Notes under the pieces: generated by a model
Told to the model about the DNA's origin: nothing
The model's database searches: none
The model's input: the letters and a program-made list of their open reading frames with translations, nothing else
Source: Octopus vulgaris
Taxonomy: Eukaryota
Assembly (NCBI GenBank): GCA_951406725.2
Contig: OX597817.1
Location: forward strand, 98,642,001-98,706,000
Length of the DNA: 64,000 bases
Direction of reading: 5' to 3'
Translations under genes and position numbers: made by a program
Part shown: positions 51,906-64,000 of the stretch, piece by piece
Layout of the letters: each line of letters begins with the position of its first letter
Position numbering within the stretch: position 1 is the stretch's first letter

Positions 51906-52005
51906 NNNNNNNNNNNNNNNNNNNNNNNNNNNNNNNNNNNNNNNNNNNNNNNNNNNNNNNNNNNNNNNNNNNNNNNNNNNNNNNNNNNNNNNNNNNNNNN
52001 NNNNN
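51906..52005. other. Assembly gap (100 N)
   Basis: Run of N. Confidence 1.
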
Positions 52006-52129
52006 ACTCTCGGCTCCCAATTTCTCCTTAAGTACATAGACGCTTCCTTTCTCTACTTCCTCCCCACCCCCTATTGCACTATTAGATTAATATAAATTAA
52101 TATAATATAATTAGATAGACAGATAGATA

Positions 52130-54440
52130 GATAAAATATCAAGAATGTCCAGAACCTGGAAACGTGACGAACTGGCGTGGTTCCTGCGAGGATGGCAATG
52201 CGCTGACGGAGAAAATCCAAATAATATAATTACGGCTGCGCTGAAGAACAACGGATACAAAAGGACGTCAGCACAAATAGAGCGGAAGAAGCAAGAATTT
52301 ATACGCACTTGTCAGATCGCACATTAACACGCTGGATGCCATTTTTGACAGCGAAAAACGCGAACAAAGTAAAGATGGCAAGGATAGAGACGCGGGCGCT
52401 GATGAGGAGGGTCACCCCCACCTGGTAGACGCCCAGGAAGAAAACTCCAGTGAGAGGCCTGCCCGGGAGATGAACCCAGGTGCGGATGCTCCTACCAGCA
52501 CCAAAAGCCATGGACATGGAGGTGAAAAAAACCAAAAAAGGAAGAAAAACTGAAGCTAAAACACAGACAAAGCCAAGGGGCAAGGCAGCCAGGGATAGAG
52601 GCAAACCTAACTATCCATATGCCAAAAAGGATGGAAACGGGCAGCGCACACGTGTATGTAGGTTCTACCTGAAAGGTGCCTGCCGTCATGGAGAGGAGGG
52701 TGCAGGCTGCCGCTTTGCACATCCGGGACCCTGCCACAGAAACCAACCACCGAAAGGAAATGGGATGGACCACGCATCACCTGCCCCAAAACGGAGGTAT
52801 GCAGACGTAGTGCGTACCACAAACCACCAACGTGTTGTTGAAAGGGCAGCTGCTGAGCAGGAATCTTTTTGTGCATGGCACAAAAGATTGTACAGCAGCT
52901 AACCTGGCTCCATCAGGCTCAGGCTCACAGATGGAACTGCCCCCAGTTCACAAGACCGCCACAGCAGATGGACCCAGGGTGGACACCGCCGGCAACAGCA
53001 TACACCTCACCTCGATGCTCCTACTGAACATCAGAGGACTACTAACACATAGTAACAGGACAAAAGTCCCGTTCCTAAGAGACTTTGTCGCATGCAATCA
53101 AGCCTTATGCATAGCACTCACAGAAACGCACCTGAAACCGGACATAGCAGATGCGGAATTACACATACCACAGTATGTTGTACTACGGACCGACAGGAAA
53201 GAAAGGAGTCATGGAGGAGTTGCTATGTACATCCGTGGGGACCTCACACCCCAGGTCCTTTTGTCATACTCAAACTCGGTGTGTGACACACTAATTGTAC
53301 ACATAAGGCAACTTGATGTAGTTGTGTGTGCTACATATCGCCCTCCAGATGCCCCAAGTCATATGGGCAAGTTTGAGGACTGCCTTTTAAAAATAGAAGA
53401 AGTTCTAATCACATTAGAACAACACATAAGTGTACTTCTCATGGGAGACTTCAATCTACCGAATGTCAGATGGCCCGAGGGCCTTTCTCTCCCAGGAATG
53501 ACAAGATGTGAATGAGGACAGGCGAGGTCCCTCCTGAACCTCATCAACACCCTGTACATGGAGCAAGTAATACTCCAACCAACCAGAGCAGGTAACACAC
53601 TGGATCTCTGCTTCACAAATAATATGGATCTCATCCATAATTTGAAAGTGACACCGACACTACTCTTGGATCACAACATGGTAGAGCTGACCATGTACGG
53701 GCCAAAAGAGAGCACGGACATGCAGCCTACAAGAAACCCTCAGAATCTTTCCAGCTTGAACTTCAATAAGGCAAACTGGAAACAAATTGAGAAAGAGATC
53801 CTCAAACAAAACTGGCCTGAATGTCTCTCCTCGCCGGACATCGACATGATACTTCAACAATTCATGTCTGTAATGCAAGCCATATGCTACAAATGTGTCC
53901 CAGAGAGAAAGGCCACTGTACACAAGAACAAAATCCCCAGAGAGAGGAAAATTTTAATGAGACGGCGTACAAAAATTTCAAATCGCCTAAACAAACAAAT
54001 TGAAAGCAGTGAAAAGTCCCGCCTAAAATAAAACTGTTAGAAATTGAAAATTGTCTGCAACTCTCCCATGAGAAGGAGAGAGCAGACAAAGAATCCTGGG
54101 CTATAGACAACATAAAAACTAACCCCAGAGCTTTCTACAGGTATGCCAAAGAAACAGCTACGGTGCAATGTAGGATAGGGCCACTCCTTGAAAAGGATGG
54201 CACACTCACAGGAAAACCAATGAGGGTAAGTGAAATACTGAATGAACAATTCAAGAGTGTTTTCACCCCACCCCTTGGGCATTTCTAAATCAGTAATCCA
54301 ACTGACTTCTTTACCACTGCAGATATAGAATCAGAGGCGGCGACGATAAATTACATCGATATAAAGGAAGACGATGTAATAAAGGCTATAGATGAAATGA
54401 AAACAGACTCAGCTATTGGCCCCGATGGATTCCCGGCAAT
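52130..54440 (+). mobile_element. CR1/L2-group LINE 5' part: ORF1 with CCCH finger and APE endonuclease, truncated before the RT
   Basis: CRFYLKGACRHG..CRFAH; NIRGL, LTETHL, YRPP, GDFNLP, TLDLCF; breaks at GPDGFP into (TA)n. Confidence 0.85.
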
Positions 54441-54463
54441 ATATATATATGTATATATATATG

Positions 54464-54515
<52 letters not shown>

Positions 54516-54519
54516 TATG

Positions 54520-55105
54520 ATTTGATTTTGATTTTGATTTTGATTTTTCCAGTTTCAGCTAATGAGCTGTGGCCATGCTGGGGCACCGCCATTTGGTTTG
54601 CTACACGGTTTTACCTCACGGATGGTTTTTAGCAAACGCCATCTGATGCATGAGAGAGTTCGATGCAGCTGCCCTCATCTGCACCTCCTGCCGTGAAGTT
54701 GGTTCATCCAGGACACCTGACAGGAAGAGATCCAGTCCTACTTTAAAGACATCCGCATCTACACCATGCAGGTCCCTCAGGTTCTTCGGGAGGATATTGA
54801 AGAGCCGTGGGCCTCTGAAGCCCAGGCTATCACAATATCTTGTCCTACATCTTGATGGCAAATTTGGAGTCCTTGGTACTACGCAGTGGCGTCCGGTTCT
54901 GGCATTTGTGTGACTCTCGATGCCAAAGTCTGGGACAAGACCTTCCAGGATCTTCTAGATATATATTATGGCATATCTTTCTCGCCTACGCTCCAGGGAA
55001 TAGAGCTTTAATCTCTTGAGTCTCTCCCAGTAGCTCATATGCTGCACAGAGGCTATCTTCTTCGTGTAGCTTCGTTGGATCGCCTCAAGTTCTGTGATCA
55101 ACTTC
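54520..55105 (-). mobile_element. 3' end of the same CR1-type family
   Basis: GPRLFNILPKNLR..FKVGLD..DEP; 3' tail ggcggtgccccagcatggccacagc..gctgaaac. Confidence 0.85.
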
Positions 55106-55108
55106 AAC

Positions 55109-55142
<34 letters not shown>

Positions 55143-55190
55143 ATTATACATATTTAAATCTTTATATATATATATATATATATTTAAATA

Positions 55191-55236
<46 letters not shown>

Positions 55237-55297
55237 TACATATTTAAATATTTCCACCACCACCTTTCCCACTCCATACTCTCTCCCTCTCTCTCTA

Positions 55298-55830
55298 GCC
55301 GTGTCCGTTGCCAGCCTCGGCTGGCCCCCGTGCCGGTGACACGTAAAAGCACCATCCGCTCGTGGCCGTTTGCCAGCTCTGTCTGGCAACCGTGTCGGTG
55401 GCACGTAAAAGCACCATCTGTACGCGTCCGTTGCCAGCCTCGGCTGGCCCCCGTGCCGGTGACACGTAAAAGCACCGTCCGCTCGTGGCCGTTTGCCAGC
55501 TCTGTCTGGCAACCGTGTCGGTGGCACGTAAAAGCACCATCCGTTCGTGTCCGTTGCCAGCATCGCCTGGCCCCGTGCCGGTGACACGTAAAAGCACCAT
55601 CCGTTTGTGGCCGTTCGCCAGCTCTGTCTGGCACCTGTGCAGGTGGCACGTAAAAAACACCCACTACACTCGCGGAGTGGTTGGCGTTAGGAAGGGCATC
55701 CAGCCGTAGAAACACTGCCAGATCTGACTGGGCCTGACGAAGCCTTCCAGCTTCACAGACCCCAGTTGACCCGTCCAACCCATGCTAGCATGGAAAACGG
55801 ACGCTAAACGATGATGATGATGATGATGAT
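55298..55830 (+). mobile_element. RTE 3' UTR-only insertion (tandem ~59-bp units + (GAT)n)
   Basis: Six or seven gtgccggtg(a/g)cacgtaaaagcacc units, then the RTE terminus. Confidence 0.88.
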
Positions 55831-56299
55831 TTAAATATTTATATATATATATAATTATACATATTTAAATATTTATATATATATATATATATATATATAA
55901 TCAATTTAGGGTAGTAAAAAATTCGATAGAAATTTATCACTACCAGAAACGATGCATCGTCTAAAAGATGAATTAGGGTAAACGTTTTTAATTTTACACC
56001 TATTTCCGAATTATATTACTTTGCGGTTAGAGTTATGGCTGCTCTGTCTAGTGGACGAATGGCCTGTTAAGGCCATTCCTAAATTGTTATATATATATAA
56101 TTATACATATTTAAATATTTATATATATATATATATTTATAATTATACATATTTAAATATTTATACTTATATATATATATAATTATACACATTTAAATAT
56201 TTATATATATATATATATATAATTATACATATTTAAATATTTATATATATATATATTGAAGTATATATATATCTATATATATAATTATTTATATTTAAA

Positions 56300-56351
<52 letters not shown>

Positions 56352-56388
56352 ATTATATATTTATATATATAATTATACATATTGACAC

Positions 56389-56419
<31 letters not shown>

Positions 56420-56429
56420 CTATACGAAA

Positions 56430-58310
56430 GAAACATTCTCAGTGCACTGCAAGATAGGACCCCTCCTCTAAATGTATGGCTCCCTCACAGACAGTCCAAC
56501 TAAGATCAGTGAGATGCTGAATGACCAGTTCTAATGTGTCTTTACCACTCCGTTGTTAAACAGACAATTGAACGAACCAGTGGATCTCTTTGCCTCCTCA
56601 CCTATAACCAGCGAGGTTGTTACAGTAGAATTTATTAACATTAGCAAAGAAGATATCCTACGAGCCATAGATGATATGGACAGAAACTCAACTGCTGGTC
56701 CAGATGGTTTCCTAGCAATCCTCCTCAAAGCGTGTAAGCAATCCCTGGCACAACCCATTAAGATTCTCTTCCAGAGCTTTCTTACAAATGGCAAACTGCC
56801 AAGCAAGCTGAAGGAGGGAATAATATGCTTAATACATAAAGGGGGAAGTAGAGCAGATGCCAAAAACTATAGGCCTATCTCTCTGACTTCACACATCAGC
56901 AAAGTCATGGAACGGATAGTCAGAAAGAAACTAATCGCATTCCTCGAGGAAAATAACTTGCTGAGTGATACCCAGCATGGTTTTCGACCAGGTAGGAGCT
57001 GCCTGACCCAGCTCTTACAACATTATGAGTAGGTGTTGAGGCAGTTACTCAACAAATCAAATGTGGACGTAATCGACCTTGATTTTGCAAAAGCTTTTGA
57101 CAAGGTGGATCATGGTATGATATGCCACAAACTGCTTGACCTCAGCATAGCTGGAAAACTTGGAGTGTGGTTGCATGACTTCCTGAAAGATAGGAGTCAG
57201 GCAGTAGTGGTTAATGTAGCCACCTCTATGAACACACAAATAGTGAGCGGTGTTTCACAGGGCACTGTCTTCGGACCACTGTTTTTTGTAGTGGCCCTCT
57301 CAGATATGCCCTCAAATGCCCGAATAGCCAATCTGGCAGCTATGCAGACGATACGAAAGTCTCGCAGAAAATACAGAATCCCAGCGATGTTGCACACCTG
57401 CAGCAGGAGTTGGACTCAATCTACAGATGGGCTGAGGATAATAATATGCAGTTTAATGCTGAAAAATTCCAGGCTCTGCGCTACCAGCATCCAAAACTGA
57501 ATATAAAACTTACAGGATACAACCTTCCACAGGGAATTTCAAGTCGGTGTGGGACCTGGGTATCGACATGAGTGAGGATACCTCTTTCCATGTGCACATT
57601 ACCAGGATGGCGACAAAGTGCAGACTACTGGCTGGATGGATCCTAAGAACATTCAGAACCAGAGATAAGGAAACCATGATGGTCCTCTGATGGACATTCG
57701 CCCTCAGCCACCTGGATTACTGTTCACAGCTATGGTCACCCACCAGTGTGAAATTGACAGTGGACCTTGAAGCAATCCAGAGAAGATTCACAAAGAAGAT
57801 CGTCTCTTTGCAACAGCTCAGCTATTGGGAAAGGTTGAAACAGCTAAGACTCTACTCTCTGGAGAGAAGACGGGAGAATATGCAGTAATATATGTCTGGA
57901 AGATCCTGGAAGGTATTGTGCCAAATTTTGGCATTGTAAGCTACACCAATGCTAGAACGGGACGACACTGCATAGTGCCAAAGATCCCAGCAATGCCATC
58001 ACACTTCAGGACCAGCTTCTGCAACAGCCTAGGTTTCAAAGGCCCACAGCTTTTTAATATTCTGCCAAAGAGTCTGAGGAACTGGCACAAAGTAGATGTA
58101 GCGGTTTTTAAATCAAAGCTGGAAATCTTCCTCTCGAGAGTCCCATATGAACCTACCTCACGGCAAGAGGTGCAAATGAGAGTAGCTATATCAAACTCTA
58201 TTCTTCACCAAGTGCCACATATTAGAGGAGGTTCTTCGTAATAACAGTGTAGCATAAAACGGCGGTGTATCAGCATGACCGCAGCTCTGAGCTGAAACAA
58301 GAAAAAAAAA
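56430..58310 (+). mobile_element. 5'-truncated CR1-type LINE (RT + 3' tail)
   Basis: NYRPISLTS, QHGFRPGRSC, DFAKAFDKV, YADD (frameshifted); tail ggcggtgtatcagcatgaccgcagc..gctgaaac + poly(A). Confidence 0.9.
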
Positions 58311-58318
58311 ATATATAA

Positions 58319-58376
<58 letters not shown>

Positions 58377-58772
58377 ATATATATATATCAATAATTCAGT
58401 GATTGTTTCTTATCAGGAACAAAATGTTTAATAGGACTGCTATAGAAGTGCTCAATTGAATGAGACAAATATATCAAACTATAGTTGCAGAACAAACAAT
58501 TACAGGGTCATCCACGTAACATTTCATATCTCGAACATTTAATCATAGAATATACATGTATAATATCATGGAAGATGAAACATAACTCATCTGTACAAGC
58601 ATATAAGAAAGTGCGAGAAAAATGTGTGAATACAGTTCATCACGGTTAAAAGTTAATACTTTAGCGATTAAGAAATATATATTATTTTAAAAAACATTAC
58701 AACACCTAGAATAATAAATACGTAAAAATATAAAGTATAAAGTAACATATAAATATATAGGTATATAAATAA

Positions 58773-58817
<45 letters not shown>

Positions 58818-58976
58818 GCATATAAATAAGTAATATATACGTTAAGATAAAAGTTCATCGTTTGGAAAATTTTTTATAAAATACTTTTCAGATAAGGGAA
58901 ACCTATAGTTATAAGCCAGTGTTCAAGCAAAAAAGAGGAAAAAACCATATTTACATTCCCTATGGCCATTTCAGGG

Positions 58977-61930
58977 TGTTATGCGTGTAGTTGTTGTATC
59001 AGGAAAGACAACCAGTTGAAAGCCATTGTTATGTTTATCATGTTTATTGACGTTACTTACATGCACGACCCATTACAGTGTAGTGATACATTGTTTACTT
59101 AACACACAGTTTGTATTGTTCACTAACAAATAGTGCCAAGAGTATGGAGTAGTTTGGCATTCGCAAACACACAGATATGAATGTGTAACATCCCTTCTTC
59201 TTGAAAAAAAAAGGGGTCTCTTGGCAGTGAAGACAACTATGAGTAGTCTCCCTTGCTCTATGGATTGTCATCATGTCTTTTCTTTTTCTTTAGCGGTATC
59301 GAACCGGTGGCAGAATGTTCTTTCTCCATCTGGTGGATCTTCTGCTTCGCACCTGTGTCTGAGGTGTGTTGTACACGTTTTCCTCGGTAGCTCTGGTGTT
59401 GGGCGGATGTGGGCCCTGTTGCGTCTCAGCTGCCTACCAGATTCTGTTTCTATTATATTTGATCTTGGAGTTTCAGCTCTACTGACAACCTTTGCTGGGA
59501 TCCATGTTTTAGTTATGGGATCTTGAGTATGCACATGTTATCCTCCAAGCATCTCAGGTAAATATTGTGCATGTTTGTTGTGATGCCTCTGTGCTCGTTC
59601 TTGAGTGGCTGCTAGCTTTGCCCTTGTTTCTTTCTGGTCAATAGGAGGTTGGATCTTAGTTGGCAGGGTAGTTTTATACTTCCTGCCATTCAGCAATTCT
59701 GCTGGGGATTTCATATTAGCTCTCAGTGGAGTCGCTCGTAGGGACATAAGTGCCAGGTGTGGGTCTTCCCTAGTCTTCCGGCATTTGACTAGTGTTCTCT
59801 TCACTGTCTGCACCTGTCTTTGGGGCAGTGTGGAGATGAAGTTTTAATATTGAACCCATACTCATCGGCTAGCTTTTAGAATTCTTGTGACGTGAACTGG
59901 ATTCCATTGTCACATATGATCTGCTCTGGTATTCCTTGCTCTGCTAGGAGTCCTCGGGCCACTGTAGTGATTGTTTTGGCTGTCAGGTCTTTCACTTTTC
60001 TCACAATTGGAAATTTGGAGTAGTAGCAGGCCATTATTAAATACCATTCTTAGCCTTCTGTGAATAGATCTACTCCAATAGTTTGCCATGGCCTTCTTGG
60101 GATGTCACCAGATAACATTTCCTCCTTTGTTGTGAGGTTTTGTACTTTTCTATGTCTTTCTTTTGTTGTGAGGTTTTGTACTTTTCTATGTCTTTGTACA
60201 TGCGCTTATTGGTTGTCACATTTACAATCTGGTGGACCTTTCTGCTTAGTCCTTCCATCTCCTTTTTGTTTGTGATTGGTGGTTGGTCTTTGATAGGCAT
60301 ATCACTGTTAATCCTGCTTGGAGCTGCTTTCACTTCAGCATTGACCGACACAATATTTAACCTCCTGCAGGTATCGAGTCCAAGAATTGCTGGGCCTTCT
60401 GTTCTTGTCACATAAAATGTACACTCGATTGATTTCCCTTTGTGTGTCCCCTTTATTGTTGTTTTCCCCAGTTGTGGGATTCTGGTACCTCCGTACGCAG
60501 TGAGGACCACATCACTTGGTGTGAGGATTCCTTTCCTGACCCTATCCTCTTCTGTCATATTTTCTGGGAACATCTTCTTGTATAAGCCGACAGGCAAGAT
60601 ATCACTCTGGGCCCCAGTGTCTATCTTCAGCCTTAAGTCTATGTTTGTTCTTTTCCTTCCGGCCTTCTTTTGAATTTTTATCATCGTGTATGCCTCATCT
60701 TCTTTCCTTCGGTCGTCCTTTCCCTTCTCATGCACATTTATTATGCCGATTGCTAAGAATTCCTCCTCTGAGGTGCTTTGTTCCTGTTGTTGTGCATGTA
60801 TATCCCTTCTATTTCTGCTCCTCTTTGAAACTTGGGGCTTGTATCTCTGGGATTTTGTTATCCTACACATTTTTTTTCCAGTGGTTCAGTTTTCCACATC
60901 CTTTGCAGTGTGTACCGAATGCAGGACATTTTTTCCAGTCATTAAATTCATGCTCTGTACCACAGTACCGGCATGTTCTTTGGTTTTGGGTTTGTGTCCT
61001 GTCCTTATATACAGTATCTACACTGCTATCTAGTGGGCTTGCTTGTAAGCTTAGTGAGGCCATTTGTTTGGTAGTGGCTTCAAATGCTCTTGCAGTGTCT
61101 ACTGCTTCTACCAACTGGAGAGCGTCCTTACCTATGAGGGATTTTGCACTTCTTTGTGGGCACACCCCCATATTAATTGGTCTACAATTCTCTCCTCCCT
61201 GTCTTTGAATTTGCATTTCTCTGCAACATTTTTCAGTCTTGACAGGAAATTGTCTATTGTTTCTTGTGGGGCTTGTTTCAGGCCCTGGAATTCGTATCTC
61301 TGAATTCTGTGGTTTGACCTGGGCTCTAGGTGCCTCTCAAATTTATCAAGAAGTGTATCTGGGTCATTGCAGTCTGATTCTGACATATCCCAGCTATTGT
61401 ATAGGTCTATTCCTTTATTACCTGACCATAAAAGGATGTAACTTACCTTTTCATCGTCAGTTGTGCCTTTCAGGAAACTTTTGAAAGCTAGTTGAGCTTT
61501 TTGTTTGAATTTTTTAAATTCTTCAACGACATCACTAGAATCCCAGTTCATAATCGGATGCAGATTCATCTGTACGGCGACGGGGGTCGCCATCTTGGAT
61601 TCTTTGTTTATGTTGTCCGAAGCGTAGCGATGTTTTGTTTGCTAATTCCACGTTCGTTGTGTTCCTGTTTTGTTTTAAAAGCACAATTCCGGATTAATTG
61701 TTTACCGCTGCCACCATGTTGTGCGTGTAGTTGTTGTATTGGGAAAGACAACCAGTTGAAAACCATTGTTATGTTTATCGTGTTTATTGACGTTACTTAC
61801 ATGCACGACCCATTACAGTGTAGTGATACATTGTTTACTTAACACACAGTTTGTATTGTTCACTAACAAATAGTGCCAAGAGTATGGAGTAGTTTGGCAT
61901 TCGCAAACACACAGATATGAATGTGTAACA
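58977..61930 (-). mobile_element. Gypsy-like LTR retrotransposon, internally deleted (gag, protease and integrase C-part; RT/RNase H missing)
   Basis: Two 214-bp TG..CA LTRs (58977-59190, 61717-61930); 5-bp TSD CAGGG; PBS TGGTGGCAGCGG (tRNA-Leu-like); PPT aagaagaaggga; CRYCG..H..C knuckles; IDTGAQ protease; SPAELLNGR integrase. Confidence 0.95.
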
Positions 61931-62032
61931 CAGGGGTACATTACTGTATTTAATGCACGAGGGTGCATCACAATAATAACTCCTTCGTCAGGGGAAAAAA
62001 TAGAGAGACAGACATCACGTACCAGGGCGAGA

Positions 62033-63209
62033 CCTCCTTAACCAGACTTAACACCACAATATTGTGTGCTTTCTTATTTAAGAAGTCATGCTTAGACGAG
62101 CCCAAATGAAAGAATTAAATCAGTAAAAAAACAAAAAAAAAAAACAAATGGGTGTATTCAATTAAATTCAACCTCGGTGGTTTCAATTACCTGTAAGAGC
62201 TATATTATTTATTTGCTACAACTTATTTTATTCCTATACACTTTTAAGAATGTAGATGAAAATTTATTGATGCAAAAAGGAATCACGTCAGTAAATTTAT
62301 TCAGAGTGTGTGGTCCATAACACCTAAGGATGGTAAGGGATTCCCTTTAGATGGTTCCTGTCTAGTTACTAACGTCATATATAAATGTGTAGTCAAGGAC
62401 GAGGATAAGTTAAATAAATTTTAACTGGGCAATGGCCCAGTGGTTAGGGCAGCGGACTTGCGGTCGGAGGATCGCGGTTTCAATTCCCAGACCGGGCGTT
62501 GTGTGTGTTTATTGAGCCAAAACACCTAAAAAGCTCCACGAGGCTCCGGCAGGGGATGGTGGTGATCCCTGCTGTACTCTTTCACCACTCTAAAGGCGGT
62601 GCTCCAGCATGGCCGCAGTCAAATGACTGAAACAAGTACAAAAAAAAAAAAAAAAAAAAATAGGTAGCACGGTAGATTTTAAGGCTAGATATAGATCGCA
62701 TATGAGCTCATTTTCTAACGATAAATATTGTAATTCAACAACACTTGCATCCCATATACATAATTTGAAGAAAAATAATAAGAACTATTATCTAGAATGG
62801 TCCATTGTCTCTAAAACCCCAAATTTCAAGGGAAATATTAACAAGTGTAAGTTGTGTATAAGGGAATCCCTTACCATCCTTAGGTGTTATGGACCACACA
62901 CTCTGAATAAATTTACTGACGTGATTCCTCTTTGCATCCATAAATTTTCATCTACATTCTTAAAAGTGTATAGGAATAAAAATAAGTTGTAGCAAATAAA
63001 TAATTTAGCTCTTACAGGGAATTGAAACCACCGAGGTTGAATTTAATTGAATACACCCAGTTGTTTTTTTTGTTTTTTTTTTAATTTATAAAAAAATTTT
63101 AACGGTTTTTTTAAATGTTTTTTTTTTTACTGATTTAATTCTTTCATTTGGGCTCGTCTAAGCATAACTTCTTAAATAAGAAAGCACACAATAAATCTGG
63201 TTAAGGAGG
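62033..63209 (+). mobile_element. Penelope-like (Neptune-type) 3' fragment: GIY-YIG endonuclease with inverted pseudo-LTR
   Basis: PLDGSCLVTNVIYKC..KF[SINE]IGSTVDFKARY..NSTTLASHI..W..CKLCIRE..LNK..CIH; 62033-62342 is the reverse complement of 62862-63209. Confidence 0.85.
62424..62659 (+). mobile_element. tRNA-derived SINE with CR1-like 3' tail and poly(A)
   Basis: A box TGGCCCAGTGG; B box GGTTTCAATTCC; tail ggcggtgctccagcatggccgcagtc..ctgaaacaag. Confidence 0.85.
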
Positions 63210-63308
63210 CATTTTGTGTCTGTTATTTTGTATTGCGGTTGTTGTGTGAGTTGGATTTTGTTGTTGGAAGCTGTTACGGCGTGGTGAATTGTTGGAGTTT
63301 TGTTGGGT

Positions 63309-64000
63309 ATGCAAGCCCAAACTTATGCGGGAGCAGCAGGCAAGGGCCTGGCTGCGAGCGAACTGCAGTTGAAAGAAATAGTTGTCGAGAAGGAGAGTTT
63401 GAAGAAATACTTCGACAGCTTCAAGAAGGAAGGTGATTGTCTGAGGGTCACACCACCTGAAGACGAAGCGAAAGAAGCTGAGAAGCGTATTATAACATAC
63501 AGAACGTGGAGTGTGGTTTCGAAGAGAATAGAAGTGGCAGAGGAGGAGGAAATCGAGAGGTGTCTACAGGAAATTGAAGGAAAAACTACCTTCTACAATA
63601 GAGGTAGAAAATACGCAACAGTAGTCGTTCATTTTGAAAACAAAGATGAAGCGAAGAGGAACGCCACAACAATATTGAAAACCGGAAAATGGGTGTTACT
63701 ACCTAGCTATTGTGGAAAAAGAGCAGTAAGAATACGAATTAGTAAAATTTCACCGGAACTGAACATGGAAAGAATTGTAGCGGCAATAGTATTCAACTTC
63801 AAAGAGAGCGTCGACATACTGAAGGTAGAAAAGTCGAAAGAAATAAAGTGGTGGGGTTATGCGGTGCAGGCTTTGGTTCACATAACCATGCCAGACCTGT
63901 ATAACATCCCAGAGGAGTTGGTGTTCCCCGACGAGACACGTCTCAGAGTCGTGGTGGAGGGGAGACCCCCAGTGTGTTACAAATGCAAAATTAGAGGCCA
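63309..64000 (+). CDS. Tx1/L1-like LINE ORF1 (RRM-like region + CCHC zinc knuckle), open to the window edge
   Basis: Manual translation MQAQTYAGAAGK...LRVVVEGRPPVCYKCKIRG(H); 230 codons with no stop; absent from the supplied ORF track. Confidence 0.75.
   Translation, partial: MQAQTYAGAAGKGLAASELQLKEIVVEKESLKKYFDSFKKEGDCLRVTPPEDEAKEAEKRIITYRTWSVVSKRIEVAEEEEIERCLQEIEGKTTFYNRGRKYATVVVHFENKDEAKRNATTILKTGKWVLLPSYCGKRAVRIRISKISPELNMERIVAAIVFNFKESVDILKVEKSKEIKWWGYAVQALVHITMPDLYNIPEELVFPDETRLRVVVEGRPPVCYKCKIRG

Noticed and set aside
62424-62495. tRNA gene
   Set aside because: A and B boxes are present, but the sequence continues into a SINE body, LINE-like tail and poly(A); no clean acceptor stem.

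Overview
AT-rich, repeat-dense animal genomic DNA. The RTE/CR1/SINE families resemble those of octopod cephalopods, which is my inference and not a database result. One host gene crosses the window on the minus strand: a NEK4-like NIMA kinase with five exons (51028-51128, 19933-20028, 11900-12007, 3580-3737, 2262-2715). Its 5' and 3' exons were not found here, and one intron is about 31 kb. The second of these exons is 1 nt short in a T homopolymer. The introns hold nested transposons: many RTE LINEs with a PHD finger inside the RT, CR1-type LINEs, a Tx1/L1-like ORF1, two hAT elements with 8-bp TSDs, a 1.2-kb foldback, a non-autonomous Helitron, mariner, two Gypsy-like LTR elements, Penelope-like (Neptune-type) fragments, SINEs and piggyBac-like MITEs. 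The most notable hidden signal is a set of type I hammerhead-ribozyme motifs with a palindromic minimal stem III and an unusually long stem II. They sit in AT-rich Penelope-like or inverted-repeat elements, and one is split by an LTR retrotransposon. There is also evidence for a local inversion of about 3.8 kb, and a 100-N assembly gap at 51906-52005.
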